Source of the DNA: Lama glama
Taxonomy: Eukaryota
DNA: 64,000 nucleotides
NCBI GenBank assembly: GCA_028534125.1
Contig: CM052816.1
Span: 62,250,001 to 62,314,000 of the forward strand
Direction of reading: 5' to 3'
The notes under the pieces were generated by a model, which searched no databases, was not told where the DNA came from, and saw only the letters and a program-made list of their open reading frames with translations. Shown piece after piece: positions 52,638 to 64,000 of this stretch (positions within the stretch are counted from its first letter, which is position 1; each line of letters starts with the position of its first letter). Made by a program: the position numbers and the translations under genes.

Positions 52638-54279
52638 CTCTAAACATTATGCCTATTTTTCTATTTCTTTTTTTAATAATAAAATAAGATTTATCCTCAT
52701 ATATTAAAGCTTAAGACTGATGATACTAAAAGACATCATGAAGTAGATAGTCCTGATAAAGAATGAGTTCGAATTTTAGAGGCAGTGAATATTCTGTACA
52801 AGATGAACAGAAAAGTGAAGGAGTTGAGGCATGGATGGATGTAAGAACAAAACTATTATTAGCGTAAGAATTAAAAGACAGACTTCAAGGTATAGAATAC
52901 AAGAAGGTATGAAATGTTCTTAATGGGAATAGGGACAATAGACCAAGACCACAGTGTCACAGTGGATAAAAAGAGGAAATATGATGTTCTTTAGGATGAG
53001 CTGTAATGTCCTGGATAAAGCCCAGCAGGACATCTAAAAGTCAGATAGAATACAAGATAATTCTTCCCTGGACCAAACACTGCAGGATATCTCTCATTCC
53101 TGTCCTTGCTGACCAGATGTCAGTAGCATCCTCCTATTACTGTGCCAAAATATCCCTGGTGAAAAATCATAGGCCTACTTCATGCTTAAAATCCTAGATT
53201 AGCTTAAATGCCATTTCCTTAGTTAGGGACTTCAATACACAATGTGAAGACTTAGCCATTTTCTTTTCCTTTTTCCAGTGGATGTCACCAGCACATCTGC
53301 TTATCAGCACCTCGTTCCCACCACATTAAGGCACAAGAGCAGTGGCCTGGGGTGGGTGGTCAAAAGGGAGATAGAGGTTGAATGAAGGAAAAGAGTGGAA
53401 CAAGGGTAGAAATCTTCCTCACTGAGTCTTGGGTGATCTGAATGGGCTGAGACTACAGAGTTGTGTGTTAAGCTGCACTGACCCTGTGGCTCCCTATGCA
53501 ATACCTGGGATACTTACATCTTCCTTATGACCATGGACTGGGACTCCTGAACAAGGAACACTGAGTCTACAGTAGGATTGCCTATATGAGGATTGCCTCC
53601 AGGGTCAGTCCACAAGAGGGGAAAAGACATGCTTGGTTTGAAGGCTTCAATCAGAAAGTCAATTCAGGAAAATATGATGCCTTCCCTCACAACAAAACCA
53701 TCATCTCCTTGGTGGAAGGATTCCTTCCCCCTCACTTGGATGACCCCCACTCCATTTAAAGCTTGTAAGCCACAGCTTTTTCTGTTCCTTGGCCAGAGAT
53801 CCTGTTATGCAACATGTAGCAACTCCCTGAACAGATCTACTATTAGGGTCTTATGTTAGGAAGGAAGAAGGATGTAATGGATACTAATTAGTGACCAATG
53901 GTTATCTACTACAATTTTTTTGTTTTCCTAATGTGTCAAGTTCTTTTTTACCAAGATCACATCTAACATTGTTAAGTAACTTAAGCAAAATCACATAACT
54001 AGTGAATGTCACAATTCAGGTTTAAAATTATTTTGCTAAAGTACATTCTGTGGAATAAATCTGAGAGGAATTTAATTATATCTCTATCCATTGAGCTACT
54101 CTAATAAAGTTATGTTACAACATAACCCCTTATTCATTGGCCAAATGTCTTGAGTTCCTTTAGAAAATGACAGCTTTCCCACTTTAACCTCTGACAATAA
54201 CTGTCCCCTGGTTTGTACACAATTGGAATGGTGACATTAGGTAGTTGAGATAATTCATTCACTTAATAAATAACTCTCA

Positions 54280-55630
54280 GGGTTCAGTAAGGTTCACAGA
54301 ATAGTCTAAGATTAGAAACTGACTTTTTCAAAATATCAACAAAAGAGCTGAAACCAGAAGAGGAAAAAAAAATCTCATTTACAATGGCAGCAACAAAATA
54401 TACAGGCATACAGCTAATAAGAACTGTGCCTTATTAGGAAGGAAATTACAGAAATGTGTTGAGAGGCAATATGCCATAACAATCACTCAATATTGTAATA
54501 ATGTCAATTAAAGATGTGAATTATCCCCCAAATAGTTTATAAGATTAATTCTTTTGTGAGTTATTAAAGCAGACAAGCTAGAATAATTTTAAGACTGAAG
54601 TATATGGTATAGGACAAGATAAAATATGAATGAAAAAGAACAGCTGCCAAGGAACAGACATACATTTTAGTAATTATTATTACTTTAAAAAGTGCAATTC
54701 AGTCAGCATAGGAAAAATGGATTGTTCAACAAATGTTACTGGAATAAATGCTTAAAGATATGGAATAAAAGTACTCTATTCTTAACCAAACCACACATCA
54801 TAATACACAGACTGGAGTTAAGTGTGGGGAAATGAGGACAAAATGAAAACCAAAAATAAACATAGGTAAAGAGACTGTTTATATAATTCTGTAGTGGATA
54901 AGGCCTTCTAATACCTAACGCTGAAATTGGAAATAATAAAGACAAAAGTTGCTACATAAGACTACATGAAATATAGAAGTTTTGCACATTCATAAAACAC
55001 AATAAACATAATTCAGGGACATATGAGAAAACAGGAAAGTGGCCACACATGGCAAAAGCTGATACTAATTAAAAAAATCCTCTCGCAATAAAGAATAAAA
55101 AGATGAACAGATCAAAAGAAAAATCAGCAAAGGGCATGGTAAGGGATTTAAAAGGAAAAGAAGGGTAGTCCAGAGTATCAAGAAAATAAGCCCTTGTATT
55201 CTACTGCTTGCAATAATTTTGGAGCATAATTTTGTAATAAATACATAGCCTTAAAACACACATAGGCTTTAACTACCAATTCTACTCCTGGAAATCAATT
55301 ACAAGGAAGTGTTCAGAGATGTGTGCAAATATTTATCCAAATATATCAGCAAAGAAATGAATGATAAATACACATCTAAATAGTAGACAGCTTAAGTAGA
55401 CCATGATACAATCACAAGAATTTAAAGTAAAATAAAAGTAGGGCAAAAGCTTTACATACAAAACTCATTTTTTTTGGTAAAAAATGATTAAGTGTATGTA
55501 TATAAACTGTTCTGGAAGAATACTCACTAAATGTGGTCTTTAAATGGTAGGACTATGGAAGATTGTGAGCCTATAAATTTATTTATATGTTCTGATTTTT
55601 CTATAACGAAATTGTGCTAGTTATATAATT
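54280..55630 (+). mobile_element. Ancient L1 (L1ME-like) fragment
   Basis: Degenerate ORF2 and 3' motifs such as ttcagtaaggttcacagaata and ttgttcaacaaatgttactggaataaatg. Confidence 0.6.
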
Positions 55631-57687
55631 TTAAAAATTATTTTTATAGGAAAACTGACCATATTTTTTTGGCTACTAGTGATGTTGCTTTCCCTCATTT
55701 ATACTCTGATACGCCCTCAGCTCTTATCAAAGAACATCATAAGATACAATTTTAGAAAACCTGGTATTGCATTTGCTTTGAGGACACTGTCTACTCTGTC
55801 TGTCAATATGCCTAGAAATCAAATAAAAATTTTCCTTTAAAGTGCTGGAAAACCCTTTGCTTATCCTTAGGGATTGGTATGTTTCTTTTCAAGGATCATG
55901 AGAACCATTTAATTGTATGCTTACTTTATTTTTCCTAAGGCAGCCAGAATATTAAAACCAAATATTTCATTTAGTTGTAGTTACCATGTAGGGCCATATG
56001 GCTTATGCATCTGCCCATCCACCCTCACCTGGTCTTTACATTCCATTGCAATTAATAAATTCCCTTGTCTCGCTATTTCATTAAATATATACCTTGAAAC
56101 TCCTTAAATCTTTTTGAGGGAGGTATAAGTAACTAAGTGATTTGTTCGCATTATTATTATCAGCTTCTAAATGACACTATGCAAGCAAATTTAGTCCCCA
56201 TTGGAATAAATATTCCCAATAGATTTATTATATAAGAACCAATTTTAGAAATAAAGGGAAGTATGACGTTGTTGTTTTGATAAATGAACCAAGAGTGACA
56301 TGAGTCACTGTTGTTTTAAGACCTCAAGGAAAGCAATTTTAAAATCCCTATCAATGTTAAAATGGATCATGGAAGGCAGGGACATCTGTCTAAATCACTA
56401 TGTACATACTTTCCAACAAAACAGGCTTTTAGTAAATGCTTTCTTGCAAAGATGATCAGAGATATCACTGAGAAAGGGGTGTTATATTGTTAGCCTTTCA
56501 TTCACTCCAAAGCACCTACCTAGCAAGGGATCTGGTATAAGAAAAGAACCCCCTTTTCTCCCAGTTCAATGTAAACCAGGAAAGAGAAGCTTCCAGCAAG
56601 CTTCTGTCCTTCCATGGAATTGCTTCCTTCCCTCTCTCCACCCCTTCCTCTCTCTTTCTCATGAAAGGAAGAGTGATCTGCCTGGTGACACTGATGACAG
56701 CTTGGCATCCCTCACCACATTTCTTTACTGGGTAGAGTCACTGTGCTTGGCACGTTCTTGTGTCTCCCGGTCTAAGTTCAGGGTAGTGATGTTCTGCTCC
56801 AGTCTACAAGCACTAGGCAGATCAGAGAGGCAAAGCTTTACTTTCTCTTTATTGTATGATTACTGAGCCTGTAAGACAGGTTTACAAGCCTTCATGTAGC
56901 TGGATAGGTTAAGGTTTGCAAAGCTTATTTTCATAAACTGAGTTTTCCTTGCAGATGCGTCCTTGGATTTTCATTTGGGGAAGAAAAATGTACCATGTGT
57001 TATCTTCAGTTTTACTATTAATAAAGTACACACTTTAATCCTCATTTGGCTCCTTTATGGTTGAGGTGACAATGTGGATATAGAAATTTCCTCCCTAAAT
57101 TTTTCCTCTCTCCATTAGTATACTTTAAATATTGTGTTACATTTCATCTTTACATGATAATTAGTTAAACAAATTCTTGTTCCTTTTTTACTTTCCAGTT
57201 TAAGAAGAAAGACCTTAAGAACAGTAAGAAGGTTCACTTCCAAAGTTTGAGGGAAAGGCATAATAGTTATCCTCAAGTATTTACAGATTTACTCTTTGAG
57301 ATCCCAGAGGGGGAAAAGGGCCCAAGAATGAGGAGTAGTGGAAGGCAGATATAAGGAATAAATAATACAAAGGGCTGCTTCAAATTTTAATGGAATGTTC
57401 ATGACACTGGAGATGTCCACGTAAAGGCTGAACAACAACTACTTGGGATGTTTTAGAAAAGATCTCAGCAGTAGAGTGGTAGAGATAAACTATTCTCATC
57501 TATGATTCTATGATTTTTACAAAGTTCTAATGAATTGGGGAAGCACCTTTCTATAAACTAGAGAGTAACAAATTATGCTGTGCATGATTTTCAATAACTT
57601 TCTCATAATAATTCATAAAGTACCTTTAGAACTGGAACAAAGAGATAGAATAATCAGGCAATTGTGTTAATGAAAGATAAGAGTTAC

Positions 57688-57913
57688 CTGTCTGGAGAAA
57701 GACTCTGGAAATAATTGTCCGACACAATGGGCAGGGAGTGTTTGCAGGATTGTCTTTGGCAAGAGTCCGTAAGCAGGGTTCACAGAAGATGTGGTGGCAA
57801 GGGTAACACATGTAGGGATTGAAATAAACATCCAGACACACTGCACAGATGTAGCCTTCCTTTTCCTCTGCATATTCATTGTCATCATCTGTGCTCATCT
57901 CATTATTCAAAGT
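57688..57913 (-). CDS. RNF180: RNF180 coding exon with the C3HC4 RING finger ([75 protein letters not shown])
   Basis: Acceptor ttttgcag|ACT at 57914-57915 and donor ACA G|gtaact at 57687; 226 nt, phase 0 to 1. RING motif is present and the translation matches remembered mammalian RNF180. Confidence 0.97.
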
Positions 57914-58599
57914 CTGCAAAACATGAGGAAAAACAATTTTTCTTAGTTCAGTATTTGATCGGTTTCCTTGAGAAAGAGAGATTGACTTTACATTTGGTTA
58001 AAATGAATAAAAATATTTATGAGAAGCATGTATGTTTGTTTCTGAGGTGTAATTAAAGTGACAGAAATGCTACCTTAGAAAGTAAGAAGAAACTGGAAAC
58101 ATAGATGAAAAACCCAGAAGTCTTTATGATTCTTTTTAGTATCTTTATATAATGCTAAATATTAAAATACAGTACCTAAACACATAAGTATACCTGTATC
58201 TCTATTTAACCAGCACTTAAGTAAGCGTCAGGTCCCAGAAGTACAGATTCCCCATTTATCCCTCTCCCACCACAACAAGTAAGCTGACTGTCCCAAGGTT
58301 ACAGAGCCTCGCATGGGCACCCACATGAAGAGAGGTGAGGGCAAGGGTATCAAACTTCATCTTCATATCATGCATGGAACATTCTTTATTCTATTTTGCA
58401 CCTTCCTGGACTTCAAAGCCAGGAAAAGGCCAAAGCCAAAGCTATGTCAGGAAGTAGATAAGCCAAGGAAACTTGCAGTAATTTTGGGATAAGCCTTGCA
58501 GCTGGGAAATATGATAAGCCCATCCTCCTTTCCAAATGGAAAGAAGCTACTAAGTAGTTAGGAAAAGAGGCATTCAAGTTGGCAGCACAAGTCTGGTAG

Positions 58600-58718
58600 C
58601 AGAATTCCTGTTACTTAACATTACAATTTCCTCATCTCAGGATGCTGTGAGAAGTAAATGAGGTAATCCATGTAGTGTTTAGCACAGTGCCTGATACATA
58701 ACAAATATTCAAAAATAT
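58600..58718 (+). mobile_element. MIR fragment (others at about 9640-9750, 10610-10730, 13830-13930, 46170-46330 and 63560-63740)
   Basis: MIR core: caggatgctgtgagaagtaaatgaggtaatccatgtagtgtttagcacagtgcctgataca. Confidence 0.7.
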
Positions 58719-59099
58719 TAACCACAGCTAACCTCCTCCTCTTCCTTTTTCACAGGCTCTGTAGAGCCTACAGAAATTTTCCTCACACCCGGCCTGACCT
58801 CCGTCCACTGAGGCACAATGGGAATCTCTGTGGAGGAGCAGCTTTTCTCCTCACTTTGATGGTTGTGAAATATGGAGATCAATGACGAATTTGAGTGGGC
58901 CTCGGGTTGAATAAATATTTTTAAGTTACATGAGATGTAAAAGTTATATAAATGAGCCAAAAAGAACCTTGAGAATACATAGAAACCTTTCTACTGGATA
59001 AGCTATTATTTGATTTATCCAGATGGCTTTGCGTTCTTTCTGCCAGGCTCATTCTGCCACCTGTTGGTAATTTCTGTTTTTATGAAGGACACATTTCAG

Positions 59100-59660
59100 T
59101 CTTTAGCTGATTCTTTATTGGTTGTCTAATTTTTCTTATAAACTTGTAAGCATTTTTATTTCATTTAGTTATTTGTGTTCACTGGTTAGATGTGTTGCAA
59201 ATATTTTTCCTTTTCTCTGGTTTGCTTTTTCACTCTTCTCACAGTGTCTTTTGATGAAATGAAGTTCACAATTTTAAAGAACATTTTTCCTTTATGGTTA
59301 ATATTTTTTGTATCTTATTTAAGATCTCTTACCCTTTCCCAAGGTCATTAAGATAGAAGTATATTGCATTTAATAATATTCATCATCCTATAATGTAACT
59401 GAAATTGATTTTCATGTATAGTGTAAATTAGGGGTAAATTTCATTTTTATTTTTTATGTAGTTATTAATTGGTACAGCTCATTTATTGCAAAGACTTGCT
59501 TTCCTCCACTGTTCTAAAGTGCCATGTTGTTATTAAGAGGCCAAAGAGGCATGAGTCAGCTTCTATTTTGTTCCATTACTTTACTGTCTATTCCTATGCC
59601 ATAATTACAATCTCGTACTGTAGCCTTATAATAAACCTCAATATCTGGTAAAGGAAGTCT
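59100..59660 (-). mobile_element. Ancient L1 fragment
   Basis: T-rich; gttgcaaatatttttcc...gtgtcttttgatgaa is typical antisense ORF2. Confidence 0.6.
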
Positions 59661-59979
59661 TTTCATCTTAATGCTTTCAGCCAAATCTAGGATGCTTTCC
59701 TGACTTACCTTCATCAGTCTTTCAGCAGCATTTCCTAAGTAGACTAGGATCTCTTTCTTTCTTGCCCCCTACTTAATGGTGCCTTCTTACATTTGGAATA
59801 AGATAACACTCCTTTCAGTGCTCCACTGGACTTTGCATGGTTTAGTTCCAACCTTCATTTTTATCCTCCATACTGAGCTACTCTCCAATTCACTGGTCTT
59901 CTAGCTTAACAAACACATCACTTTCCTGTCTTAAGGCCTTAAGACATGATGCTTTCCTCCTCCAAAAAGCCCTTACTCT

Positions 59980-60503
59980 ATGTGGTTGATTATGAAACAG
60001 GTAACATTCTTCCCATCTCTCTATGTGCACCCATAGGCATTTCCTTAAGATGGGGAGATTATTTTTCCACCCTCTGGATTTGGGCTCTGCCATGTGACTT
60101 GCTTTGGCCAATGGATCATTAGCAAACATGATGCAAATAAAGGCTTAACAAAAGCTTGTGCATTGGAATGATCCTTTCTTGCTGATCTTGGAAACCCTGA
60201 GTCTATTACCATATGAACAAGCCTAGGCTGGCCTGCTGAATAGTAAGTGACATATGGTCCAGCTAACACCACTGTGACTGCTGGAAACAAGCCATCCACC
60301 AGACAAGTGTGGGCAGAGCCAAGGATTATCACCTAACTGCAAATGTACAAGTGAGCCCAGATGACACCATGTGGAACAGAAATAAGCCATCACAGCTGAG
60401 CCCAGATCCAACTGCCAACTCAGAAAACTGTGAGTGAATATAGGTGGTTGTTCTAAACAACTAAATTTTAGGGTGATTTGTTACATAACAAAAATTAGTT
60501 GGC
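59980..60503 (+). mobile_element. MaLR (MLT1F-like) solo LTR inserted in an L2 remnant
   Basis: tgtggttgattatg...gccatgtgacttgctttggccaatgg...ctaaattttagggtgatttgttacataac. Confidence 0.8.
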
Positions 60504-62022
60504 ATGGCTTTGTCTAATATGGCTAATTTTACCTCATTTTTAAAATCTTAGTTTAAATATCAACTTCCCCAAAGGATTTCACTGCTATTCTACCTAAAGT
60601 TGTTCGCTGTCAATACTACTTGTCTGTTTCCTCATAATAAATTTTATTTGCCCATTCTTTTCTATTTCTCACAAAAGAATATTAAGGTAATAATGGGGAA
60701 TGAAAAAATATGTATGTATGTATGTGTACACACATACACAAGCACACAGTTTTTTCCCCAATGAAATAAAAGTAGGTCCTGCTTACGATGATCACATTCT
60801 CAAAATGCTCATAGGTTCAGCTTGTTAAATATTGTATTGATTTGTATCTTCCTGTGGGTATTTCTGTTAGTGTTCTTAGGTATTCTTGCAGGCCTTTTGG
60901 TTATCTCCAGCTAGGAAACAAGCATTCTGTGAAATCCCATATAACATACGTAAAGGTTAACACAGAGAGAATAGGAAGTAACTGTCCCTCACCAACGGAA
61001 AGCTTGTAGCTATGATTTGAACAATAATATAAAAAAAACTCCTGGAAAGGCAGCAAAATCCCCAATTTTTCTCATAATTATTGTCATATGACTATTCTCT
61101 CTTGAACTTAAAAGAAACTTGAAAAAGGAAAGTGGTAAATGGACAATTAGTACTGATTTGGGCACCCCAGATAATAAAAACATCTTTGGACCTAGATGCT
61201 TACTTACCTAAATTTTATTTCATAGTGAAAGCTTATTTTGTTTATATACACTCTCAGTATTATGTCTTGAGATTTGAAATAATTAACCTCAAAGAAACCC
61301 ACGGCATAAAAAAATCGTAATTTGAAGAACCTCTTAGATCAAATTATAGCCCAAATATTTGTACAGAATTTTATTTCTATGAAATAGTTTAACCCTATAC
61401 ATATAACAAAAGTGACTAATTTCATTAAAATATACATAAAGAAACAAACTACTTGCTATTTAAAACACATTATTCTGGAAATAAACTTGAAGGCAGAAGT
61501 TTGAAAATAGAAAATGAGGTTAAAAACTATTCCTCTATTAATCGAGCTAAGTGACTTAATCCCCAAAACAGATATAACACAAAGTCATCTAGGATCATCA
61601 TCATCTAGGATTATTTAAAGGGACCGAAGAGGGTTAAGAGTTTTCACCATCCAGAGAATTGCACATATCTGGTAATAAGAACTGTTCTGCAAGGAGCCAA
61701 AAACAAAAACAAAAAAAAACCCCAACTACCTCAGGGATACAACTCCACTGGCTTTTTCTCCAAATTGGAGAAACGTATGGTTGTATAATAATAAATTTAC
61801 TGTTGGATAGAATGGTTTTATTTTAAAAATTGCTCATTAAAAGATAAAATGTCAACCTGGAAGGAGGTTTTTTGGGTTTTTTTGAAGGAAGTTTTTAATA
61901 GGTATGCCTATGAACTCATCTTCATCTCCACAACATTTCAATTACCATAGATGGAGACCTCAAAAATGCTTATCAGAAATGGGGAGGGAACATGAAAGAT
62001 GGCTGGCTAGTTAAAAACAACT

Positions 62023-62522
62023 NNNNNNNNNNNNNNNNNNNNNNNNNNNNNNNNNNNNNNNNNNNNNNNNNNNNNNNNNNNNNNNNNNNNNNNNNNNNNN
62101 NNNNNNNNNNNNNNNNNNNNNNNNNNNNNNNNNNNNNNNNNNNNNNNNNNNNNNNNNNNNNNNNNNNNNNNNNNNNNNNNNNNNNNNNNNNNNNNNNNNN
62201 NNNNNNNNNNNNNNNNNNNNNNNNNNNNNNNNNNNNNNNNNNNNNNNNNNNNNNNNNNNNNNNNNNNNNNNNNNNNNNNNNNNNNNNNNNNNNNNNNNNN
62301 NNNNNNNNNNNNNNNNNNNNNNNNNNNNNNNNNNNNNNNNNNNNNNNNNNNNNNNNNNNNNNNNNNNNNNNNNNNNNNNNNNNNNNNNNNNNNNNNNNNN
62401 NNNNNNNNNNNNNNNNNNNNNNNNNNNNNNNNNNNNNNNNNNNNNNNNNNNNNNNNNNNNNNNNNNNNNNNNNNNNNNNNNNNNNNNNNNNNNNNNNNNN
62501 NNNNNNNNNNNNNNNNNNNNNN
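62023..62522. other. Assembly gap (500 N)
   Basis: Exactly 500 N. Confidence 1.
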
Positions 62523-62649
62523 TATTGTAAATGCTGATATATTTGGCCTTATTTCTTTACTTATTTTTTTTCAAGAAGTGACAGTAGGGCAGTGGTTAAG
62601 AGCAAGACTCCAGAGCTAATCTCCACCCTTCCACCACTGGAAGAGTTTG

Positions 62650-63080
62650 TTTATTTTTTCTTGAAGTATAGTTGATTTACAAAGTTGTGTTAGTTCTGGT
62701 GTATAGCACAGTGATTCAGAATGAATCCTTTATCATTGTAAGTTATTAAAAGATATTGAATATAGCTCCCTGTGCTATACAGTAGGACCTCGTTGTTTAT
62801 CTATTTTATATACAGTAATTTGCATCTGCTACTAAACTCCTAATTCATCCCTCCCTCCCTGTTTCCCCTTTGGTAAGCAAAAGTTTGTTTTCTATGTCTG
62901 TGAGTCTGTTTCTGTTTTGTAAAGAAGTTCATTTGTATCATTTTTTAGAATCTATATATAAGTAATATTGTAAATTTGTCTTTCTCTGTTTGACTTCACT
63001 TAGTATGATAATCTCTAGGTCCATCCATGTTGCTGCAAATGGCATTATTTCATTCCTTTTATGGCTGAGCAGTATTCCAC

Positions 63081-63120
<40 letters not shown>

Positions 63121-63545
63121 CCAATCTTCTTTATCTATTTCTCTGTAGATGAAAATCCATTCAAATATCGATGGACGTTTAGGTTGCTTTCATGTCTTGG
63201 CTATTATAAACAGTGCTGCTATAAACAATGGGGTGCATGTATCTTTTCGAATTATATAGTTTTCTCCAGATAAAGAAAGACGGACACTATATAATGATAA
63301 AAGGATCAATACAAAAAGAGGAAATTATAGTTGTTAACATACATGCGCCCAATATAGGAGTGCCTAAACACATAAAACAAATACTAACAGACATAAAGGG
63401 AGAAATTGATGGGGACACAATAATAGTAGGAGACTTTAACACCCTACTAACATCGCTGAACAGATCTTCCAGAAAGCAAATCAATAAGGTAATAGGGATC
63501 CTAAATGACACAACAAAATTGTTAGACTTAACTGGTATTTCTAGA
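62650..63545. mobile_element. L1 with an inversion: minus-strand 3' end (62650-63268) joined to a plus-strand endonuclease fragment (63268-63545), inside a MIR
   Basis: Plus-strand IKKDGHYIMIKGSIQKEEIIVVNIHAPNIGVPKHIKQILTDIKGEIDGDTIIVGDFNT directly abuts an antisense L1 3' end. MIR-like sequence lies on both sides. Confidence 0.8.
63082..63117 (+). repeat. (GT)18 microsatellite
   Basis: Perfect run. Confidence 0.95.
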
Positions 63546-64000
63546 GCCAATCTTGCTGGACTTTGCCACTATTGCCTGTATTACGTTACGCAAGATATTT
63601 AACTCCCTGGGGTCTCACTTTTCCTCATGTATAAGGTGGAGATACTAAAAGTACCTGGTTCACAAAGTTGAAAAGATTAAAAGAGTTAATATATACAACG
63701 CATTCATAAAAATTGCTATCTAAGTGTTTGCTGCTATTATATCCTATTCCTTTTTTCCTATTATTCTTAACTTTGAACAAAAACAGTTGAAGTTTAATAT
63801 CTATATTCTCCCCCTTCTGAACAAGCTTTAGAATGCATTTACTCCCCACTCAGAACAAAAAATGGCTCATATTGTATTGAAAATATCTGAATTTTATTTC
63901 TAAAATGTTAATTGCTTAAAGTTACTAAATAGCCAGTGAGTCACGAATGAAATCAAAGATGAAATTTAAAAAATACTTGGAGACAAATGAAAAAAAATAC

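Noticed and set aside
57626..57687. Read-through of the RING exon into the intron ([20 protein letters not shown]) as an alternative C-terminus
   Set aside because: A short open extension is expected by chance and there is no other support.
58718..58960. 80-aa minus-strand ORF as an RNF180 exon
   Set aside because: No resemblance to remembered RNF180 protein and no convincing acceptor.
1..64000. CRISPR arrays, tRNA/rRNA genes and prokaryotic systems
   Set aside because: None seen; the sequence is clearly mammalian.

Overview
Mammalian genomic DNA, AT-rich and repeat-dense. I recognised no Alu, Bov-tA, PRE-1 or Can-SINE elements. The young L1 3' ends look camelid-like to me, which is tentative. 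There are three fixed 500-N scaffold gaps. The known gene is RNF180 (Rines, RING E3 ligase) on the minus strand: its last three coding exons are 57913-57688, 46944-46819 and 11940-11741, followed by the 3'UTR, and earlier exons lie beyond the right edge. The introns are filled with nested L1s, LTRs, MIR/L2 and MER elements. Main discovery: bases 31-4078 on the plus strand hold an apparently decayed, intron-containing gene that converges on RNF180. Six candidate exons have canonical GT-AG sites and compatible phases, allowing one frameshift. They splice into a hydrophobic multi-TM-like region followed by a complete TIR-domain-like sequence, with by-eye similarity to MyD88, SARM1 and TLR TIRs. 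Other findings are a candidate 46-nt RNF180 cassette exon that would remove the C-terminal membrane anchor, and an ERVL provirus with an internal inversion. All protein similarities were judged by eye against remembered sequences; no searches were run.
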